From the NCBI RefSeq assembly GCF_000372725.1, contig NW_005202237.1, forward strand, positions 372,001-436,000: a stretch of 64,000 nucleotides of DNA. Direction: 5' to 3'. Every line of letters begins with the position of its first letter. Position 1 is the first letter of the stretch. Position numbers and translations under genes: made by a program. Shown here one piece after another: positions 56,469-64,000 of this stretch. The notes beneath the pieces are model-generated. The model searched no databases. It was given only the letters and a program-made list of their open reading frames with translations, and was not told the DNA's origin. Source of the stretch: Emiliania huxleyi CCMP1516. Its lineage: Eukaryota.

Positions 56469-58090
56469 TAAAGGTCTTAGGTTCGTTGTTAGCAGATAAA
56501 GGCACAGACGACAGAGCTCAAACACAAAAACAAAACATCTCTCTCTCTCTCTCAGAGCTCCAAGAGAGTTTGAGTGAGAGAAGGCTCAGGGCTGACAAGC
56601 TGCCGAGCCCAAATCACTGTGAGAGTCGTGATTTCTGGTTGGTTTTCAAAAATCTCTCTCAGAGCTCCATCCACACAAACAAATGACAGCGGGAGGAAAG
56701 AAAGCGGCGAGTCGCCGTACTAGCGGTCTCAGACCTAGACCCTATATTCCAGGATGGCATTCTTCGAAATAGAATGGGCGCCGCAGCGGCCCGTAGCGGC
56801 GCCCCCTGCGTGCCCACGGCCACCCCGGGGCCATGGGACTTCCCCCCGGCCATCGGGGATGCTTGGTTCATCCATTACCCCATTTATACGGGCTGTGTTG
56901 CGGCGCGCCTCGAGACGCGCAGCGCAGCGCAGCGCGCAGAGCCCCAGACCACAAAACAGATCAGAAGACGGCCGTGGCGACACCCGCTCTGGCGACAGCC
57001 CCGCAAAAGGCACTCGCTCGCCGGCAAAGACTACGGGTAGCACAGGCGGCAGCAGAGGTGGCGGTCCGGGTCGCAGCGCGCGTAGCAAGTCGGCCCCAGC
57101 GTCACGGGCGTCGGGCCAGGAGCCGGCTCGACGAGATCGACGAAGAGGACGAAGAGGAGGAAGACTACTCGAACTTGGACGAGGACTCGGGCGAGGAGCA
57201 GGACTCGGAGACCGGCCAGGGAAGCGACGACCATGACTAGTGACACGAGGAGTAGATGTGACACGAGTAGTCCGCATTTCGCGCTGTCTGCTGTCTGCTC
57301 TCTTTCGCCGCCCGACCCTTTCGCCCGCCCACCACTTGCGAGCACAAATCTCACACCTCCACTGCCCTCGCCACAGGCGGCGACGGACGGACATACAAGG
57401 CTCGAACGGCGGCAGCGGCTCAACGGCCGCCGGCGGCCGTCGTGCGTTTGCTTTCGCCATACGTGGCGCACCCCCCGGCGTCTGCTCTGGTTTCATGGGG
57501 GTGGAGGGGAGGACTCTCATGTGCGGACTGTTGGGCTCTCTGTGTTGAACTGGCGCTTTGTGCGCGAACCACATCAGTCTGGCCGAGCGGCACGCCGCCG
57601 CTGGGGGCGTGAGGAGGCCGCGGGGGACGGCGGCGAACCCCATCCTTCGATATGGGATGGGCCCTCACGGCGGCCCGTCTGCTGCTGAAAATGTGGCGTG
57701 TTGGGGGCTCTCCTGTGTGACTCCTCTGGCTCGCCGCGTTAAACTGGCGCCTGTGTGTGACCAACCCCAACCCCGGTAAGCGCCCCCCGGCCGCTGGGGC
57801 TGCGAGGCGGCCGGGTGAGCGCGCGCGAGACGCCATTCTATAAGGATGCCATCCTACAATGTATATAGAACGGCCAAGTGGGTGGGCTGACTGAGTGAGA
57901 CCGCAGGGGTTGTGACGGGCCACCCTGTCCAGCCAGAGAGGCATGGGTGCCAATCTGGGGTCTTTCGACAATGTATGAGCCCTGGCCGCCTCCCGGTGGT
58001 GGCAAAGGTGTGAGGCTAAAGCTAGCAGAAAAGTTGCGCTTACGCCGGAATTTTACTCTTCCGGAGGGAAAGAGAGTGGACGCCGCGGCG

Positions 58091-58588
58091 ATGAACATGC
58101 TCCCTGACGATACCTGCTCCGCGCGCGCTCCAGCAGCGAACGCGCCGGCTGGCCGTCGGCCATCCTCCGATCTACTAAGCGCGCTACCTCCCTCGCCGAA
58201 CAAGCCTGCGAGCCGTCGGCAGTCCTCCGATCTGCTGAGCGCGCTGCCTCCCGCAAACAAGCCCCCTAGCCGTCGGCAGTCCTCGGATCTACTAAGCGCG
58301 CTACCTCCCTCGCTGAACAAGCCCACGAGCCGTCGGCAGTCCTCGGATCTGCTGAACGTGCTGCCTGCCGCAAACAAGCCCACGAGCCGTCGGCAGTCCT
58401 CCGATCTGCTGAACGTGCTGCCTCCGGCAACGAGCGCGCCTGCCGATCGCCGGCCATCCTCTGATCTCGCGAGCATGCTCCCCCCAGCGCTCGCGGCGAA
58501 GCAGCCCAGCCGTCGGCCATCCAACGATCTCGCGAACACGGGAGGGCTCACAGCGGCAATGGCTGCCACCAACCTGCTCCCACCATAG
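58091..58588 (+). CDS. Small repeat protein with about seven 19-20-aa RRxSSDL repeats
   Basis: Units such as PSRRQSSDLLSALPPSLNK are 57-60 bp, all in frame, with synonymous variation between copies. Confidence 0.5.
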   Translation: MNMLPDDTCSARAPAANAPAGRRPSSDLLSALPPSPNKPASRRQSSDLLSALPPANKPPSRRQSSDLLSALPPSLNKPTSRRQSSDLLNVLPAANKPTSRRQSSDLLNVLPPATSAPADRRPSSDLASMLPPALAAKQPSRRPSNDLANTGGLTAAMAATNLLPP

Positions 58589-59081
58589 CGGAGCAGTCGG
58601 GCTGGCAGGTGCGGGCTGAACAAATATGCCCCACTACTACACGCGCGTTCTATGCGCTGCTGTGTGCACAGGCGCTGACGATGATCCATGTGTCCAGGAC
58701 CGCGAGACATGCCCGGTAGAGACTAACGAAGGGCGTGTGTGTCGATCTATTGACCGATCGATGTGCGATGCTTTGGAGGACTGGGATCGTGGTCCGAGCC
58801 TGCTTGAAGCGGCTCAGATGTAAGCGGCATCTATGTACTCGAGTATCTGTATTCTGAGGTGAAGGACAGCTGCTGCCAGGCCCCACGCTCTGGACACCGC
58901 TCATCGGCGCCCGGATGTAAGGGGCCCCGCGCCGGCAGACATCGCGGGGCTGGCGGGGGGGGGGGGGGGGGGGATCGTTTCGACAAAGAAGAATCGGAAT
59001 CGAAGTATTCGAAAAGAAAAACGGGTGGCGCGCCGCCGACCAGGGTGAGCGCCTAGGCGCAGGCGGTGCGGGCTCTCAACC

Positions 59082-60173
59082 ATGAGCGCGGACCTTGCCG
59101 ACAGCCTCTCAAGCCTGAGCCTCAAGGCGCGCGCGGCACACGACCCGCATCCCGCGCCCACGCCCTCAGCGCCTCGCCCTGCCGACGCAGGGAGCGGCTC
59201 CAGCTGCGTCATGGTACTACATTGATGAGAAGCAGAACTACGTGGGTCCGGTGGACACGGACGGCTTGCGGCAGCTGCTGGCCCATGCGTACGTGTCGCA
59301 CGACACTTACGTGTGGGCCGCCCACCTCTCCGGTTGGCTCCGCCTCGCAGACGTGCCAGACTTTGTTGCGACGCCCCGTGGGACAAACATCTTGCCGCGC
59401 TCCACGCAGCCGCCGCCATCCGCGCCGTCTCCACCGGCGGCCGCGGAGCCTGCTTCGGCGCCCGCGACCGCGACCGCGACCGCGACCGCGACCGCGACCG
59501 CCGCGCCCGCCAACGGCGTGGACCGCATCGCTTCCGCAGAGCAAGCTGCCCGAGGCAGCCCCGCACCGCCTACCCTCGGCTTGAGACGACGGCAGCAGCC
59601 AGCAGCGACGCCGCTCTCGCCGGCGGCGGGGGCGGCGAGGCCTCCGACGAAGCCGCCCGTGCCGCCCGTGCCGCTCGGCCAGTCTCTCGCCGCCAAGCCC
59701 CCGCAGCCCGACCCGGCCAGCGCCGCGGAGGACGCCGCCGCCTCGAGCACGCCGTCGCGGCCTGCCCGCCAGGTGAGCGAGTTCCAGAGAGCGTCGCCTC
59801 GCGAGGAGGAGGCGGCGTCGCTGACGCCGCGGGCGGCAGTCCCTCGCATGGAGGGCGCTCCCGAGGCGGAGGGCGCGTGGGACGAGGGCGACGGGCTGCG
59901 CGTGCTCACGGCTGGCGGGCTGGTGAGGGCGGTGCCGGCTGCTCGAGGGGGGGGGGGGGGGAGGGGGAGACATGTCCACGACGCGGCGACGCGGTGCGGG
60001 TAGGTCGTGCTGCCGGATGGCGAGGTGCGGGACGGGACGGGCAGGACGCTCGCCTACATCGAGGCGAACGGCGAGGCGCGCGCTCACTCACGCATGCGCT
60101 GCATCGGCACGGGGGGGAAGGGGCTTCACTGAGGGGGAAGGGGCGTAGGAGGAGGGGCGGTAGTAGGAGGAGG

Positions 60174-60226
<53 letters not shown>

Positions 60227-60926
60227 TGTGTGGTGGGGGCCAGCCTCGCTCTCCGCGGCCGCAGGTCGGCTCGCACGAGATGGAGTTCCTCGGCCGCGTC
60301 CACCGAACCGCCGGCACCGTCTGCAACCGGAGGGACGAGCACGTCGGAGAGGTGGGGGCCGCCGAGATGCGCCGAGATCGATCGAGATTTGCCGAGGTCG
60401 GGAGATCAACCGGTACGAGCCGGTGATGACGAACCGCGATGAGCCCTGTCTCCGCAGACATTGCGCCGGGACTCGTCTCATGTCCACGACATGCACACGT
60501 CATGTCCACGACATGTCCGCGTCACGTCTCCCTCACGCCTTGGCAGGTGGACATCGGCCACGGATATGTCCGCAACGCGCAAGGCTCAGTCGTGGCGGAG
60601 GCGTGCACACGTCGCCTCCGCCAGTCCGCGACACGTCCATGACACGTCCATGACACGTCCATTGACACGTCCTGCAGGTGTCCAAGGACGGCTCCGTGAG
60701 CGGGAATGGCCAGCGCACCGCCGGATACGTGCAAGGCGCCCTCCCCCCGCCCCCTCCTCCCCTCCGTCCCCTTTGTCCTCCTCTCGTCTCCTCTCGTCTC
60801 GTCCCTTCTCTTCTCTTCTCACCACTCCCGGCACACCTCTCCGCGGCAGGTTTCACCTTTGAGGCGATGCCGCGCCTCGCCGCCTACGTCCTCCTCGTCG
60901 ACCCGGCCTTCGTCGCCGGCTTTTGA
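59082..60926 (+). CDS. GYF_2 (DUF4339) domain protein with a Pro/Ala linker and a C-terminal beta-repeat domain, multi-exon
   Basis: Exon 1 is MSADLADSLSSLSLK, then a GC-AG intron at 59127-59190, then WYYIDEKQNYVGPVDTDGLRQL...DTYVWAAHLSGWLRLADV. The C-terminus has DGEVRDGTGRTLAYIEANGEV-type repeats and ends AMPRLAAYVLLVDPAFVAGF*. Confidence 0.75.
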
Positions 60927-62241
60927 CGCGGCAGCCCCTCGTGGCCTTGCGCCGGGGGGCTGCGCCATAAGGGGGGGGGGGGGGGAGGGCTGTCTCGCCT
61001 TCCCTTTCTTGCCCGCCTTCCCGATTCCGCTGCCTCCGCGAGGATTGTCGCACAAGGTAGGCGCGCCGACACTGATGGCTATGATTGATAGCTTGCGTCC
61101 CTCGAGTCCCCGTGCGTGCGTGGCGGTGCGTGCGAGCTGCAGCGGTGGACCCGCAGAGATCACCCCCTCGAGTGAGCAGCGTGCCGCGGACCGCCCCTAC
61201 ATGTTGTAGGGCTAGGCCTGCTCTTTAGGCGGCCTGAGCATGACCATAGAAGTACTCCGCATCGCATTTAATATCGAATGTACAATACCCCTGCTAAACT
61301 GTGGACCGCGGTGCCACCCTGCGGCCGGACAGCGTCAGCGAGACCTCACTCGAATGGTTGGGTAGTAGGGCTAGAGAGGGTCGCTCTACACTTAGCCTCT
61401 GCAGCGAGCGTGAGCGAGCGCTCAACTTAGCGGCCCCCGCACGGAGCCGGGCTCGGACTTAGACGCTGTTTGGTCGGGGGCCATGAACTTAGAGACACAC
61501 AAGGGCTAGTGCCATTTCACTCTGACACGCTAATCTTGAAAACGTCTCCAACGGAGCTCCGTGTTGCTTCCAGCGCCCTCCCCCGCGCTTCCTGCGGCCA
61601 TGGCCGATGATCCTAGGAAGAGAGGTCATCTGGCTACCGCGAGAGCGACCCAACTCGTCGACATCGTCCGATGATGGTGCCGCAAAGTCAGCCTTCGGAG
61701 GCTATCGTGGGGTGGAGCCGGCAGTAGCCGTGACATGTGGTTCCACCACCCCTCGTAGGCTTTGCCTCTGACCGCCACCGTTCCCAGGCTGCCTACTGGG
61801 ATGGAAAGGAAGGCTCGGCGAGCGTATAGAAGCGTGCTCGACCTCGTCGTGGCAACCTGTACGGCAGCGCTGGTAGGCGCGATGAGCGTCGTGCCACCTG
61901 ACCCGAGACAGGTCGCAGGCGTCGTACCGAGCGCGTCGAGACCGTGTCCTGATGTGGTCTGCACGGGTGAGTCACGTCGGCGTCAAAGGAGCGACGTGTG
62001 ACCTGTCAGAGCTTGATCTCCGATCTCAGCGGCGTCGAGTCGTCTCCGGCGCGCAACAAATGTACCTCCCCAGGACGCGCAGAGGCAGCTGCGACCCCGC
62101 CGAGTAGACGGCGGCACTCCCCGCCACCTGCTGTGTGCCGCNNNNNNNNNNNNNNNNNNNNNNNNNNNNNNNNNNNNNNNNNNNNNNNNNNNNNNNNNNN
62201 NNNNNNNNNNNNNNNNNNNNNNNNNNNNNNNNNNNNNNNNN

Positions 62242-63146
62242 CGCCTCGAGATCTTCTGCGACAGTGAGCGGTGGTACCCTGCGACCGTCACTGGCGCGGG
62301 AGGAGGACGGAGACGGACGGATCGTGCACGAGGTCGAGTACGACGGCTACGGATCGGCGGTGGTGGAACATGCTGGACGACGAGCGGTGGCGCGCCGTCC
62401 CAGAGCAGGCCGGCGCGGGCGCAGGCGGCGCTGCCACAGACGGGGATGGGGATGCGGCGATGGACCGCGCGGACGGCGAGCATGGCGCCCGTGCCGCGGG
62501 CGCCGCCGAGGCGGCCGAGGTGCGGCCGGCGCCGCCTCCTGTGCGCCGGGGTGTGCGGCGCAGCGCGCTGGCGGACGCCCTCGAGGCGGAGGATGACGAG
62601 CAGCAGGAGGAGGCCGCGCGCGGCGATGGGCGGCCGATGCTAGCGCCCCACGGTCCGGCGCTGTCGGTGCAGCTTCGGCGCGTGCGCCTGCGGCTGCGCG
62701 AGTTCCTGGCGACGCAGGCCGCGGCGGGGAAGAGCGTGCCGATGCAGCGGACGGCCCTCGGTCTGCACCCGACGGTGCGGTGGACGATCCGCTTCGGCAA
62801 GTGGGCGACGACGCGAATCATCGCGCCGAGGGCGAGCCGGTGGCACGCGACCGAACAGGGCGACGCGCGGGAGGAGGAGCCGACGGTGCGCACGGGTCGC
62901 GGCGAGAACACGATCTACGTCGCGCTGCAGCACATGAAGAACCACGTGTGGCGCGAGATCTGGCCGGCGATGCCGGACGACGCGAGGCAGTACTGGCGGC
63001 TGGTGACCAAGCAGGTGATGTCGCTGTACGACGGCGGCGGCGGCGGGATGAAGGACGCGGCAGGAGCCGCCGGCCGGGCGGCGGGCCGCGAGGCGGCGCG
63101 GGAGAGCGCGTCGCACGGGCAGAGTGAGGCGGCGCAGCTATCGTGA
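62242..63146 (+). mobile_element. Degenerate ORF of a repeated element (Tudor-like domain plus an unknown helical domain)
   Basis: RLEIFCDSERWYPATVTG..EDGDGRIVHEVEYDGY (frameshifted), then IRFGKWATTR...GENTIYVALQHMKNHVW. A second copy lies at 911-1260. Confidence 0.5.
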
Positions 63147-63755
63147 CATACCTGCAAAAGTCCAGGTTTACCCGAAAAATACCTGGACGCGTCCCGACCA
63201 ACGTATGCCGCGCACGACGCCATATCGCCTTGTCCCAGGGCCAGTGCGCTACTTGCGGCGCGCAACTCCTGCTCAAGTACGCGCACCTTTCCTTCTGCTG
63301 CCGCTATGCGTGTCTTAAGGCAGCTGCGGCGAAGCGGCGGGCGCGGCATGCCGATGGCAGTGCGGACGATGCGGTTGCGATGTGTTCTGCTTCAAGATCG
63401 TGGCGGTGCTTGGCATGCACTTCTGCGATCCCAATCAGCTCATCGCAACGAAGCAGCGCAACAAGCTGGCTGCTGCCAACAAGGCCCTATGCTACCTCAC
63501 TCGCGGATCGTTCAAAGAGGACCAGCATACACAGGCTTCTGTGACATGCGTTTGTTTGAGCTTGAGGCTATTTGTGAGAACTGTTTGGCTTGAACATTGC
63601 GCTCAAGAAGAGCAACGAGAATCGGAAGAGACATCAGAAACGGCTACAGCGGCCGTCACACGACGCTCGGCTGGCGAATAAACGCGCTCGTCGGTGACGG
63701 CTTCCTCCAACCTGCGCCGCGCTCGGCGAACCTCGACAGCGCCTTCGGTGGCATG

Positions 63756-64000
63756 CAGCTCTTTGCGCCTGAAGCTTGGAGAGCAGCTCCTCTGCTGCTC
63801 ACACGCTCTGCACAGATGGCACAGCCTACTGTGCGGCTGCCACAGCTGTGACAGCGATGGGCTCGCCCTCACTGGCCCTCAGTCACTTGTGCTGCGGCTT
63901 GTGTGAGCGACACTGGTCGCCTCGGCGACTGCTGGCACACTGTGAGACCATGGGTGGGAGGTAAAACCACGCTACCAGCGCTTGGTCACATCGGCCCCGA
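63756..64000 (+). repeat. Dispersed repeat, inverted copy of 14697-14956, running off the window end
   Basis: Direct sequence match to the reverse complement of 14697-14956. Confidence 0.85.

Noticed and set aside
56700..57900. Acidic/Arg-rich ORFs
   Set aside because: Only low-complexity sequence is present, and no consistent gene model could be built.
63143..63544. Cys-rich ORF as a zinc finger
   Set aside because: CxxC and CC spacing is only suggestive, the start is non-ATG, and no family was recognised.

Overview
This is a very GC-rich eukaryotic genomic window with spliced genes, many GC-AG introns filled with 10-11 bp tandem repeats, and four N-gaps. The style suggests a haptophyte alga such as Emiliania/Gephyrocapsa huxleyi, which is an inference rather than something shown. 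About 20 protein-coding genes can be supported: a PhyH-type dioxygenase, a GH130-like glycosidase, a viral A18-like SF2 helicase, an MFS transporter, Mpv17/PMP22, an Elongin-B-like Ubl, a GDA1/CD39 apyrase, a KMO-like FAD monooxygenase, a DYRK-like kinase, two mitochondrial-carrier-family genes, a UDP-glycosyltransferase, an LYR protein, SURF1, a 2TM protein and a GYF_2 protein, among others. They sit among transposon debris: a Helitron helicase remnant, a LINE RT fragment, a nested foldback element with an 8-bp TSD, TA-flanked Tc1/mariner-type MITEs and several dispersed repeats. The most notable features are: (1) an intronless C-type-lectin / 7-TM / TIR-like candidate immune receptor; (2) a second HET/TIR-like gene broken by a LINE fragment; (3) a carrier protein with a Tat-like signal and phage-structural-like repeats; (4) an NCLDV-like helicase; (5) several introns whose two ends lie in 10-19 bp direct repeats. 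All family calls come from motif recognition by eye and no searches were run. Exon boundaries are approximate unless stated.
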